Part shown: in pieces, positions 1 to 9,196 of the stretch
How the letters are laid out: every line of letters begins with the position of its first letter
Numbering within the stretch: position 1 is the stretch's first letter
Sequence record: DRR723986_7888
Direction: 5' to 3' (one strand)
DNA length: 42,472 bases
The notes under the pieces: model-generated
What the model saw: only the letters and a program-made list of their open reading frames with translations
Databases searched by the model: none
What the model was told of the DNA's origin: nothing
Translations under genes and position numbers: made by a program

Positions 1-142
1 CTGCGACCGGGTCGCAGACGGGAGGCCGCCACGCTTGGCCGGAATAGCTTTGATTGGTGTAAAGTGAGGCCTGATGATGCATCGGTGCAAACAAGTCTGC
101 GCCAGATGATTTGGCCAACGCAGTGTTAGATGCACTTCCGGT

Positions 143-1003
143 ATGAATTCAGTCGATCACCCAACAAAAGCCAGGTTTATGGACTATCGCAAGGGCTATC
201 GCGAGGGTCGAACGCGGCTCGGCAGGTTTGTGCGCGAGGGCGTATTTGGCGGGCATGTCCCGAGGCCGATCCTGGTCCTGACAACATCGCGCTCTGGCAG
301 CACCTGGTTATGCCAGGCGCTTTCAGCCGTTAGCAGGGCTGGCGATATCCCTGAGCATATTCGTCCTGAACACACCAGTCAGGGCGGTGATGATGCAATC
401 CTCCGGCGAGTAGAATCGCTGGTCACGGACATCAGGCGGGATCTCGATACGCGTCGTACCGGCGGCTCCAAGATTATCTGGGATAACTTTCCAGCCTTAG
501 AAAACCTCGCTGATCCCCGTGCGGCACAGCAAGTATTCGAACCTCTTCTGGAATTGAACCCGGTGATAATTCGCCTGCAGCGGCAGGACAGGGTCAGCCA
601 GGCCATTTCCCGGTATATTGCCCGCTCGACCGGTCATTATCACCAGCGCAGAGCCTGGTTTCCCATGGGCGCAACAGGTTCCAAAAAGCGCGCCAGAGCA
701 CTGCAAGATCTGACATACGACAGAGCTGCGATTTCACGTGCTACGCGAATCCTGTCACGGGCAGAGGAAAACCTTGATGTGTTCACGGCTGCGCTCGGTA
801 ACCGAGTGATCGGGGTCACCCTGGAAAATCTGGAAGAGAATACAAGAGAATGTCTTACCCGGCTGGCAGCTGAAGTCCTACCGAATATGGCGCCTGATGA
901 GCTAGAGCGGCGGGTGGAGAGAGGTTTGGCGTCCGTGACCTTGACGCCGACAAGAACGGGCTTGAACGTCCAGTGGAAGGAGCGCTACCTGGCTGGTGAA
1001 TAG
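143..1003 (+). CDS. Stf0/LpsS-like sulfotransferase
   Basis: 5'-PSB-like loop LTTSRSGSTWL; 3'-PB-like segment RLQRQDRVSQAISRYIARSTG typical of Stf0-family sulfotransferases. Confidence 0.75.
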   Translation: MNSVDHPTKARFMDYRKGYREGRTRLGRFVREGVFGGHVPRPILVLTTSRSGSTWLCQALSAVSRAGDIPEHIRPEHTSQGGDDAILRRVESLVTDIRRDLDTRRTGGSKIIWDNFPALENLADPRAAQQVFEPLLELNPVIIRLQRQDRVSQAISRYIARSTGHYHQRRAWFPMGATGSKKRARALQDLTYDRAAISRATRILSRAEENLDVFTAALGNRVIGVTLENLEENTRECLTRLAAEVLPNMAPDELERRVERGLASVTLTPTRTGLNVQWKERYLAGE

Positions 1004-1048
1004 CGGGGCCGCGCCCTTATTCCGGCCGCGCAACCAGCGGCCCATAAT

Positions 1049-1909
1049 TCAGTCTTCATCCTCTTCCGCGGCCCTGAGCCGCTCCAGGCGACTTTCTTCC
1101 TCCGCCAGCGCGGCCTTGATCTCTTCCATTACCGCGTCGAGATCGGCCTCATGGGTATCAAGCTCCGCCTGACCGGTCAGCGTGATGTCCGGATGCAGGT
1201 CACCTTCCTCGTAGAGCTCCCATATTTCCTGGGCGTAGCGCGTGTCGAGAATATCGGGGGCGAACTGGCCGTAGTATTCCGTCATGTTGGCGACATCGCG
1301 TTCCAGCATCGCCCGGGCATTGTTGTTGGAAGCCGCGTCCACCGCCTGAGGAAGATCGATAATCACCGGCCCCTCCTCGTTAACCAACACGTTGAACTCC
1401 GACAGATCGCCGTGGATCAGGCCAGCGCACAGCATGCGCATGACGTAGTGCATCATCAGCGCGTGGTCTTCGCGTGCCTGCTCAGGCGACATGCTCACGT
1501 CGTTGAGCCGCGGCGCGACATCGCCTTCCTCATCGGTAATCAGTTCCATGAGCAGCACGCCATCGGTGCAGCCATAGGGTGTCGGCACCCGCACCCCGGC
1601 GCGGCTCAGGCGATAGAGCGCGTCCACTTCCGCATTCTGCCAGGTCTCTTCCTGCTGCTGGCGGCCGAAGCGGGAGCCCTTCTCCATCGCCCTGGCCCGA
1701 CGGCTATTGCGTACCTTGCGTCCCTCGGTGTATTGCACGGCCTTCTTGAAGCTGCGCTTCATCGCGTCTTTGTAGATTTTCGCGCAGCGCAGCTTTGATC
1801 CGCAGCGCACCACGAAAACGTCGGCTTCCTTGCCGCTCATCAGCGGGTACATGACTTCGTCGATCAGGCCGTCTTCTACCAGGGGGCGAAGGCGATTTGG
1901 GATTTTCAC
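1049..1909 (-). CDS. RIO1-like (PA4780-type) Ser/Thr protein kinase
   Basis: SGKEADV, CAKIYK, catalytic IHGDLSEFNVL and IIDLPQAVD motifs of RIO kinases; GTG start. Confidence 0.9.
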   Translation of the reverse strand: MKIPNRLRPLVEDGLIDEVMYPLMSGKEADVFVVRCGSKLRCAKIYKDAMKRSFKKAVQYTEGRKVRNSRRARAMEKGSRFGRQQQEETWQNAEVDALYRLSRAGVRVPTPYGCTDGVLLMELITDEEGDVAPRLNDVSMSPEQAREDHALMMHYVMRMLCAGLIHGDLSEFNVLVNEEGPVIIDLPQAVDAASNNNARAMLERDVANMTEYYGQFAPDILDTRYAQEIWELYEEGDLHPDITLTGQAELDTHEADLDAVMEEIKAALAEEESRLERLRAAEEDED

Positions 1910-2042
1910 AGGTTCAGGGCTTCCGGGGGCCGAAAAAACGGGTGCTGCCCAGTATCGAGCAGATGGCTACTGTCCCACACTCGGTGATTGGCATCCAGCC
2001 GGGTCACTGGTGTTTTTTTGCTTTCCCGCGGCTTTGCTGTCG

Positions 2043-2453
2043 TTAGGGTCGGGTCTGCCCGTCACCACAGAGCGCGATCGCTTCAATCTCCAGCTCCAGT
2101 TCCGGTAGCGCCAGCGAGCTGACCTCGACAATGGTGTCGGCGGGGTAGGGCGGAGAGAAATAGCGCTCGCGAAGGGCGACGATTTTCGGAAAGTTCCCCA
2201 TGTCCCGCAGATAGATCGTCACTTTCACAAGCTGCTGCAGGCTGGAGCCGCCGGCTTCGAGTACGGCGGCCAGATTTGCCATGGTCTGTTCGACCTGGGC
2301 ATCGAAGTCACCAACGCCGACGAGTTCCCCGGCAGGGCTGATAGCGGCCTGGCCTGAGCTGATCAGCAGGTCGCCGATCCGAAAGGCCTGGGATATCAGG
2401 TAGGATTCGAAGGGATCGGGATCAGTCTTCACCTGAATCGCATCGTTATTCAT
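2043..2453 (-). CDS. RidA/YjgF/UK114 family protein
   Basis: SQA..GDL..SGQ, VKVTIYL, SLALPELELEIEAIA; 136 aa; the usual catalytic Arg position reads PAD, so probably not canonical RidA. Confidence 0.85.
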   Translation of the reverse strand: MNNDAIQVKTDPDPFESYLISQAFRIGDLLISSGQAAISPAGELVGVGDFDAQVEQTMANLAAVLEAGGSSLQQLVKVTIYLRDMGNFPKIVALRERYFSPPYPADTIVEVSSLALPELELEIEAIALCGDGQTRP

Positions 2454-2476
2454 AGCACGTCTTGCTCCTGTTGCTT

Positions 2477-3649
2477 TCAGGACTCCAGTTCGAAGGTCAG
2501 GCCTGCGTAGTCGGTGAGTCGCTTGATGAGCTTTTCACCCATGGCCGGGGCGCTGGTATAGATGCCGCCGGGCAAGTCCGGGCAGTCCTCTATCAGGCAC
2601 ACGGCACTCTCGGCGATCATCTTGGAGGTGGAGCCGTAACCCGGGTCCATGTCGCCGCCGACCGCAGCGCGCAGTTCATCACCCTCGGCGGTAGTGCCGA
2701 TAAACAGCACATCGTAATTACCCGCCTCCCGGCTCTCGCGAGAGGGACCCTCACCGGGCTGGGGTACACCTTCTCCCTGCAGGGGATTATGGCTTGCCAC
2801 GAATTCGGCCACGGCTTTCCCCTCGTCCCCGGCGCCTGCCACCATCATCTCGTCGTACTGGAAGTCTTCGCCGTACAGGTGATCAAGCAGGGCATTGGAA
2901 CGGTGGATGTTCTTGGTATTGATAGCCGCCATGATGAACGGCGCTACCCACTGGCCAAGGGACTCATCTTCATAGATCGCGTTGTCGGCCGGTTGATCCG
3001 GGCCCTGGAAACCATTGGCCAGCGAAAAGGGGTTTACCAGGATACCCAGTAATTGCGGGTCGCTACCCAGCGCTGCCATGGTGGCGTTGAGTGATGCCGC
3101 TGTGCCCCCGGAGAACTCTCCGTTCATCGCCCGCACCCGGCCCTTGACCCGGTTGCAGGGTTTGCCGAAACGTTTGATGGCTTCGCGTTGCAGAAACAAC
3201 ACGCCGAGGTCGAACGGCTCAGAGTCAAACCCGCAACTGTGAACAATGCGCGCACCGCTGGCCGCAGCCGCGTCCTGGTGCTTGCTGATCATTTCATGCA
3301 TCCAGCCGGGCTCACCCGACAGGTCCACGTAGTCGGTACCCAACTCGGCGCAGGCCGCTACCAGGTCAGAGCCGTACAGCTGATAGGGGCCTACGGTGGT
3401 GCAGATACACTTTGCTGAGCCGACCATGGAGCGTATGGACCCGGGGTCAGCGGCGTCGGCGACGATCAGGGGTGTGTCCGCGGCAGCGCCGATGGCCTCC
3501 TGGACCTGCGCGAGCTTGTCCGCATTGCGGCCCGCCATAGCCCAGCGCAAGCCGTGACCCTGCCGGGCAACCATGTATTCGGCAACCAGCTGTCCGGTGA
3601 AGCCGGTGGCGCCGTAGATAACGATATCGTACTCGCGAGTGTCTGCCAT
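2477..3649 (-). CDS. Saccharopine dehydrogenase-like NADP-binding oxidoreductase (trans-acting enoyl reductase family)
   Basis: YDIVIYGATGFTG, AGRN, TVGPY, YVDLSGE, HSCGFDS, SGGT, DPGYGST motifs. Confidence 0.88.
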   Translation of the reverse strand: MADTREYDIVIYGATGFTGQLVAEYMVARQGHGLRWAMAGRNADKLAQVQEAIGAAADTPLIVADAADPGSIRSMVGSAKCICTTVGPYQLYGSDLVAACAELGTDYVDLSGEPGWMHEMISKHQDAAAASGARIVHSCGFDSEPFDLGVLFLQREAIKRFGKPCNRVKGRVRAMNGEFSGGTAASLNATMAALGSDPQLLGILVNPFSLANGFQGPDQPADNAIYEDESLGQWVAPFIMAAINTKNIHRSNALLDHLYGEDFQYDEMMVAGAGDEGKAVAEFVASHNPLQGEGVPQPGEGPSRESREAGNYDVLFIGTTAEGDELRAAVGGDMDPGYGSTSKMIAESAVCLIEDCPDLPGGIYTSAPAMGEKLIKRLTDYAGLTFELES

Positions 3650-3672
3650 GCGAAGTGTCCTGATTCTTGTAG

Positions 3673-4020
3673 TTAGCTGATGGGCCGGTCAGGGTAGACC
3701 TGTCGGTCCGCCGGGGCAAGGTGTGCCCGACTGGATGTTTGGGGTGTCAGCGACTCAGTCTGGACGAATACCAGTAGTGACTGTGCTTCCTGCTTCGCCG
3801 CATCCAGTGAGCCGGTCTGGTCAGACAGGAGTTTCTCCCGGAATCGCTTACTGAGGTAATTCTGGATATGGATCCTGACTCGCGCTTTAACGATGGGCGG
3901 GCAGATCGGTTTGCTGATCTAATCCACCGCACCCGCTTCCAGGCCGCGCTCCCCGTTGGCAGAGTCGCCCGCCAGCAGGCCTGACAGTATTTTGATGTTG
4001 CCGGGCTCATCATCGACTGC
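3673..4020 (-). pseudogene. Degraded response-regulator receiver-domain gene (internal deletion plus in-frame TAG)
   Basis: Hand translation: AVDDEPGNIKILSGLLAGDSANGERGLEAGAVD*ISKPICPPIVKARVRIHIQNYL. Receiver N- and C-terminal motifs are present, the middle is missing, TAG at 3919-3921 sits at the usual Tyr, and there is no obvious start. Confidence 0.75.
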
Positions 4021-4126
4021 TGAAAGTAACCCGATAGCCCAGGACCCTATGGAAGTGCTGCTGCGCGCGACGCCAGGCGACACCCGGGCGTGCCGACCCT
4101 ACGGTCCGCCGCGGGTCTGGGACCCT

Positions 4127-4154
4127 GAACGAAGCGTCCCCGCAGCCTTCGCTC
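4127..4154 (-). terminator. Possible hairpin just downstream of the BASS gene
   Basis: Minus-strand GAGCGAAG...CTTCGTTC stem with a G-U pair; no clear U-tract. Confidence 0.25.
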
Positions 4155-4157
4155 GGT

Positions 4158-5069
4158 CTAGGCGGGATAACTGAGCGGCGTTCTGCGATTGATCCAGCGA
4201 TGCAGGTATACCTGCCCGATGCCTACCAGTAATGCTGCTCCCCCGTAGATCAATACCGTAAACAGGATCGCGTCGCCGATCGGGTCACTGACACCTGCTA
4301 CGGCGGGAAACATCGACGCCTTGATCAGCAGGCCAAGGTTGCCGTTGCGCACCGTGACCTCAATGTTAATAGCGGTAACGTCCCGCGCGGCGAGGCCCAG
4401 CAGGCGGGGCAGAAACAGGGAAGTGGAGGCCAGCAGGGCCAGGAAGCCCAGCACAATCATCAGGTTGCTCATGCCGAAACGGGGTAGGTCGACCCGTCCC
4501 GATACGGTCGCGCCGAGTACAATCAGCAGGATAAAAAACAGGGAACCGCGAATGCAGTATTTCGAAAACGCGGGTGCCACCGCTGGCAGATAACTCAGCA
4601 ACACCATGCCGGCGACCAGGGGCAGCAGGAGGATGAGGGTGATTTCCTTCGCGATCTGTGCCGCAGGCATAACGAAGTCAGGCGGCATGTGCTGGCTGAT
4701 CAGCAGGCTGAGGACAACAGGCGTTGTGACCAGGCACGCCAGCGTGGTTATGCCGGTCAGGGCGATGGACATGGCCACGTGACCCCGGCCCAGGAAGGTA
4801 AACACGTTGGACAGGGTGCCGCCCGGAATCGCGGCGCACATTGCCAGGCCTATCGCCACCCCTGTATCCAGCTCCAGCATTGTGAGAAACAACCAGGCGA
4901 GCAGGGGTACGGCGGCCATCTGGATGACACAGCCCGTAGTAACCGCCAGGGGCGCACGTGCCACTGCAGCGAAATCACGGACCTTGAGCGTCGCTCCCAT
5001 GCCAAGCATCGCCAGGAACAACTGCGTTGCCGCGATCCAGTACTCGTATTGACCGTATAAGTCTGCCAT
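4158..5069 (-). CDS. Bile acid:sodium symporter (BASS/SBF) family transporter
   Basis: AMLGMGATL, AIPGGTLSNVFTFLGRG, IEVTVRNG; many TM helices; ATG at 5069 preferred over the upstream in-frame start at 5138. Confidence 0.88.
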   Translation of the reverse strand: MADLYGQYEYWIAATQLFLAMLGMGATLKVRDFAAVARAPLAVTTGCVIQMAAVPLLAWLFLTMLELDTGVAIGLAMCAAIPGGTLSNVFTFLGRGHVAMSIALTGITTLACLVTTPVVLSLLISQHMPPDFVMPAAQIAKEITLILLLPLVAGMVLLSYLPAVAPAFSKYCIRGSLFFILLIVLGATVSGRVDLPRFGMSNLMIVLGFLALLASTSLFLPRLLGLAARDVTAINIEVTVRNGNLGLLIKASMFPAVAGVSDPIGDAILFTVLIYGGAALLVGIGQVYLHRWINRRTPLSYPA

Positions 5070-5194
5070 GCCGGGATAATGCCTGCTCAACCGGGTAAAG
5101 ACCACGGCGCCCACGAGGTTTTTTCCAGGATCGAGCACGCTGAGCCCTCCGCCCGAAATTCGCAGTGCGCGGTTGCCTTACCTATACTTGGCCT

Positions 5195-5728
5195 ATGGGT
5201 ATGTCTTTGAACGTCAGGCTCTTCCGGCTGGTATGCCTGTTACCAGTGCTGGTCCTGCTGTCTCCCGGTGTCGCTGCCGGGCCGGTATACAAAACCGTGG
5301 ATGAGAACGGGGTGGTTGTGTTTTCCGACACGCCGCCGGCTGGTGATGTGGAGGCCGAGGTCATCGAAATCAACACGCCGCCGGCCCAGTCCCCCGAAGA
5401 TCACCTGGAGCGGCTGGATGCGATGCGTGAAACCACCGACCGCATGGCTGCAGACCGGCGAGAGCGCGAAAAACACCGTGCCGAGCTTCGTGAAATCAAC
5501 GAACGTAGCCAGCAGCAGTCAGAACCCCAGGTCGTGGAGTATCGTCAGAGCACCGATTACTGGCCGGTGTATGGTGGCCCGGTTTATGTTGGTCCGGGGC
5601 GTCCACCCTATCGCCCGGGTTACCGGCCGACGCCCGAACATCCGATTGCCAGACCGCCGGTGCGTCCCCCGCCTGCCGGCGGTTCGAATTCCCAGTTGAT
5701 GCGTCCCATACTGGGTTCCGGGCGCTGA
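5195..5728 (+). CDS. DUF4124 domain exported protein with Pro-rich C-terminal tail
   Basis: Signal peptide followed by VYKTVDENGVVVFSDTPP; coiled-coil middle; Pro/Tyr/Arg-rich tail; start 5195 or 5201. Confidence 0.8.
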   Translation: MGMSLNVRLFRLVCLLPVLVLLSPGVAAGPVYKTVDENGVVVFSDTPPAGDVEAEVIEINTPPAQSPEDHLERLDAMRETTDRMAADRREREKHRAELREINERSQQQSEPQVVEYRQSTDYWPVYGGPVYVGPGRPPYRPGYRPTPEHPIARPPVRPPPAGGSNSQLMRPILGSGR

Positions 5729-5772
5729 GCAGCCCGCTGGGACGGAGACACTCAAGGGCAGCTATAAGTGGC

Positions 5773-6990
5773 TTATTGGCCGCCTGATTGCTTGCGCAGG
5801 TCATCGCGCACCCCGCTGAGCAACTCGGTAAAGATCCGGAAACTCTCGTCAGCGGCCAGGCGCTCGGCAATCAGTTGCTCGAACGCATCCTTCTCCAGCG
5901 CCATCAGTTCCTTCAGCAATTCCTCGCCGGGCTCGTGTTCGGCCCGGTCCCGGATGGCCAGTACCCGGGCATAGAACACATCGACCCGGTTTTTCTTGCG
6001 CCTTGCCTGCCATCGGGCGAGCCCTACCAGGCTGGTGAGCACCAGGAAGCCCATATAAACCAGCAGGTTGATGGTTTCCGCGTAACGTTCGAGGAAACCG
6101 GGCTCGTCCCGCTCGAGGTAATACCGCGCTCCCCGGTGCAGCGGAAAGTTCAGCTCCATCGGGTCGAAATCCTCGTTGAGCCAGCTGAAAATGTTCGGCT
6201 CGATGGCGGCGAAGCGCGCCTTCTGCTCAATGAGGCTGCGGGTGAGTTGGTAGATCGCGATCTCGGATGCGTCGGTACGTGCCACCAGCAGGGTGTCTAC
6301 GCTCAGCGTGCTGATTCCCTTGTCGTTTCCCGGAATATTGTAAGTCAGTGCGGGAATCCGGGCGGGCTCCAGCTGTGGCACCAGGTGGCTGATTCCCTGT
6401 TCAAAAAATTCCCGGCGGCTCCCGTCCACCTGATCCAGCGATACCAGGCGATAGCCCTCCTGGTACCAGCCGGTATTGCCGGGGTTGATCGGGCCGACAT
6501 AAATAAGCATATCCGTCATCCCCGGGGAAAAGACCTCAACCAGTTCTGCCTTGCCACCAAACCACTCGCTACGCTGCGCGGATAGCTCGATGAACTTGCG
6601 CCCCGTATGGGACTGGTTGACGACGTATACCAGCACCCTCTCCGGATTCTGGTCGAGGTCGAAATCCTCACGGATGAGGATTTGCAGAACGCTGGGAAAC
6701 AGCGGCAGGATGGTTCTTACCCCGGTGACGAAGGGATGGCTGTTCTCGGTAATGGTGATGTCCGCCAGTCCCTGGGCCAGCGCCTCCAGCGGGGCGATTG
6801 CCTGGGTCGGGCTCACCTCGAGCAGTTCGATACCGGCCTCGCGCTGCAGGATATGGTCGATCGCCGATGCGTTTACGCTCTGGTGGCCGACGGGGTAGAT
6901 AGTCAGTTCCCCGGAGCTCAGGCCGCAGCCGCTGATAAGTACAAGCAAGGCGAACAGAGTGAGAGTTCTGCGACACTTGATCGTTATCAT
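5773..6990 (-). CDS. TAXI-family solute-binding-like protein with C-terminal TM helix and cytoplasmic tail
   Basis: Lipobox-like LISGC; TAXI-like IPALTY..TLSVDTLLVAR..IYQLTRSL..FPLHRGARYY; hydrophobic LLVYMGFLVLTSLVGLA followed by RRKK; ATG at 6990 chosen because the longer ORF overlaps the divergent gene. Confidence 0.75.
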   Translation of the reverse strand: MITIKCRRTLTLFALLVLISGCGLSSGELTIYPVGHQSVNASAIDHILQREAGIELLEVSPTQAIAPLEALAQGLADITITENSHPFVTGVRTILPLFPSVLQILIREDFDLDQNPERVLVYVVNQSHTGRKFIELSAQRSEWFGGKAELVEVFSPGMTDMLIYVGPINPGNTGWYQEGYRLVSLDQVDGSRREFFEQGISHLVPQLEPARIPALTYNIPGNDKGISTLSVDTLLVARTDASEIAIYQLTRSLIEQKARFAAIEPNIFSWLNEDFDPMELNFPLHRGARYYLERDEPGFLERYAETINLLVYMGFLVLTSLVGLARWQARRKKNRVDVFYARVLAIRDRAEHEPGEELLKELMALEKDAFEQLIAERLAADESFRIFTELLSGVRDDLRKQSGGQ

Positions 6991-7078
6991 GATGTTATGG
7001 ATTGGCTTGCCGGTCACTTGATTCGACAGTGTATTCTCTGGATGATGACTTGTCACAGTTGTCTTAACGCCTTTTCTG

Positions 7079-8053
7079 ATGAATGTACTTGATAAAATAG
7101 CGAGCCGGGATCCTGCTAGCGATGAGCAAAGTCTGTCGGCCCGGCTCAGCCATTTTCGCGACAGAGAACCTGTCAGCGGGCCACGGCCAATGGATTTCGA
7201 GGCAGAACAGCCGCGCTGGGATCCAGCACGACTGGTGCCGGAAACCACGGTATCTTCCCTTTCCATCGAGAAGCTCAAGTCAGCTATCGCGACCCATGGG
7301 GCGTTGATCGTTCGCGGGTTCTTCGACAGTGACGAGGTTCGGCACTATCGAAGCGTAGTAGACCGGGTCGTTGACGCCTGTAAGGAGCAGGAGCCTCCAG
7401 AGGGCGAGCCAGTGCCACGTAATCTGCCCTTTCGCAATCCGCCGTCATCCCTGGAATCATTACTGGTCTACCAGAAGCTGAAAAATTCTAGGGGGTTTCA
7501 CCGACAGTCTGGCTCAGCGATGTGTGTCGAGTCGGCCTCCGTTGCTGAGCAGTTGTTGGCGACTTATGAGGCCAAGGGCCTGAAGGCATTGATGGCCGAT
7601 TATCTTGGCGAGCCCCCCTGTCTCTCAGCCCTGAAATGGGTTTTACGTCGCTCGAAACTGCCTGTAGCGGAAGCCGGATGGCACCAGGACGGCGCTTTCA
7701 TGGGATCTGATATCAACAGTCTTAATATGTGGGTTGCCCTGGACCACTGTGGTGCTGAATCGGGGGCGCCTGGCCTGGATGTTTTGCCACGCCGACTGAC
7801 CGATATTTTCTCCCCCGGAAAGGAGAGCGCAATATTCAGCTGGTCGGTTGGTGGAGACGATATCAGGGAGGCCTTCGGCGAGGACGCGATATGTAGCCCG
7901 GAATTCCTGCCCGGCGATGCGTTCTTCTTCGACCACTTCTACCTGCACCGAACACAGTATCGCGAGCATTTCAGCCGGCCTCGATACGCGATAGAAACCT
8001 GGTTCTTTGGTAGCAGAAATTTTCCGCGTAACCAGGTTCCCCTGGCCTGGTAA
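7079..8053 (+). CDS. Phytanoyl-CoA dioxygenase (PhyH)-like Fe(II)/2OG dioxygenase
   Basis: GALIVRGFF, WHQDG, NMWVALD, PGDAFFFDH..LHRT, RYAIETWF; HxD...H facial triad. Confidence 0.8.
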   Translation: MNVLDKIASRDPASDEQSLSARLSHFRDREPVSGPRPMDFEAEQPRWDPARLVPETTVSSLSIEKLKSAIATHGALIVRGFFDSDEVRHYRSVVDRVVDACKEQEPPEGEPVPRNLPFRNPPSSLESLLVYQKLKNSRGFHRQSGSAMCVESASVAEQLLATYEAKGLKALMADYLGEPPCLSALKWVLRRSKLPVAEAGWHQDGAFMGSDINSLNMWVALDHCGAESGAPGLDVLPRRLTDIFSPGKESAIFSWSVGGDDIREAFGEDAICSPEFLPGDAFFFDHFYLHRTQYREHFSRPRYAIETWFFGSRNFPRNQVPLAW

Positions 8054-8129
8054 GTTCTACCGAGAAAGCGTCCGCATAGCCTGCGTGTGATCATGGGCAG
8101 CCCGTGGGTCAAGCGCCGGTCGGTGTGAT

Positions 8130-9116
8130 CTAACTTCGGTTGAGTTTAATCTCAATTTCGCCGCGTTTGGCGGCGTATTCCAGTGCCATGCGCAGTCCTT
8201 CGCGGGCGTCCTCCTCAGAGAGCTGATGGAGGCTTGGGTCCCAGGGTAACTCGTGATAACGCTTTCCGAGCCAATAGTACTTCAGCGAGTCTGATGTCCA
8301 GTCCTGGTAAATTTCCTCCCAACTCAGGCGCTCAAAATGTGGCTTCAAGCAAATGGGAGTCAGCGGCTCTCCCTCCGGTTGATAGCGAAAATCAACCGAC
8401 AGTCGCATTCTTTTGCTATCGAGATTGTCCAGCGCAGCGTGCACCGTGAGAGCACTGAAGATCAGCACATCCCCGGCTCCAAAGGCAGAGCTGTGCCACT
8501 GCAGGGCATTGATAGCCGGTGGCAGTTTCGCAGCCCTGTTGCCCGGTCCAAGGTGGTACTGGACCGGTAGTACGCCATATTTGTGAGAGCCGCTCAAAAC
8601 CTTAAGCGGTCCCATGGCAATAGGGCAGTCACCCAGCGGTATCCAGGCGGCAGTAAGTCGTTCGGAGCCCTGGTTATTGGGAAAGTCCTGATGGGGTGGG
8701 GTAGTGGCTGGCGTATGTTCGGGGAAAATGAGCCGGGCAATGGATAAGGGGTGGGGAAACGCCGATTCGCCGAGGATGATTTTCATTATTCGGAGCAGGT
8801 CTTCATCATGGGCCAGGGCGTGAAAGCGCTCGAGCTTCATGATCCGGTCGTGGACCGCAAAATAGGCTTCTTCACCCTCCCTGAACGGCTCGGCGGTAGC
8901 CTTGGCTTGTGATGTTTCTGCTCCGCCAGCAATAACACCTGCGTCTGCGAGTATGGCGGTGAAGTCCTGTCGCAGATCGGCGATCTTTTCAGCGGCTATC
9001 AACTGTCGAAAGAACAGGTAGCCATCATCTAAAAAGCGTTGCCTGAGGGCTTCCGGGCTATCCAGCAGGGTGTTCGATATGGGGAATGGCAGTAGGGGCG
9101 CAGCATCGGGGTTCAT
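8130..9116 (-). CDS. Phytanoyl-CoA dioxygenase (PhyH) family protein
   Basis: FLDDGYLFFR, TPPHQD, AWIPLGD, GPLKVLSGSH, AGDVLIFSALTVHAA, RLSVDFRYQ. Confidence 0.88.
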   Translation of the reverse strand: MNPDAAPLLPFPISNTLLDSPEALRQRFLDDGYLFFRQLIAAEKIADLRQDFTAILADAGVIAGGAETSQAKATAEPFREGEEAYFAVHDRIMKLERFHALAHDEDLLRIMKIILGESAFPHPLSIARLIFPEHTPATTPPHQDFPNNQGSERLTAAWIPLGDCPIAMGPLKVLSGSHKYGVLPVQYHLGPGNRAAKLPPAINALQWHSSAFGAGDVLIFSALTVHAALDNLDSKRMRLSVDFRYQPEGEPLTPICLKPHFERLSWEEIYQDWTSDSLKYYWLGKRYHELPWDPSLHQLSEEDAREGLRMALEYAAKRGEIEIKLNRS

Positions 9117-9196
9117 GGTCGTAGCCCAATCTTATTACCGCACTTTGATATTTTTATTTTATCGCAAGTAAGGCTGCAGCTGTCGCAACACATAGA

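Noticed and set aside
1-17. CTGCGAC-CGG-GTCGCAG inverted repeat
   Set aside because: At the window edge without context; single copy
4043-4126. Three GACCCT hexamers and a GTAG-led imperfect hairpin suggesting a REP element
   Set aside because: Irregular spacing, weak stem, and no further copies noticed in the window
3747-4174. ORFs 3747..4013(-) and 3956..4174(+) as small proteins
   Set aside because: No recognisable features; the region is better explained by the receiver-domain relic in another frame
7079-9116. Fe/2OG halogenases
   Set aside because: Both keep the HxD carboxylate ligand, which halogenases replace with Ala or Gly
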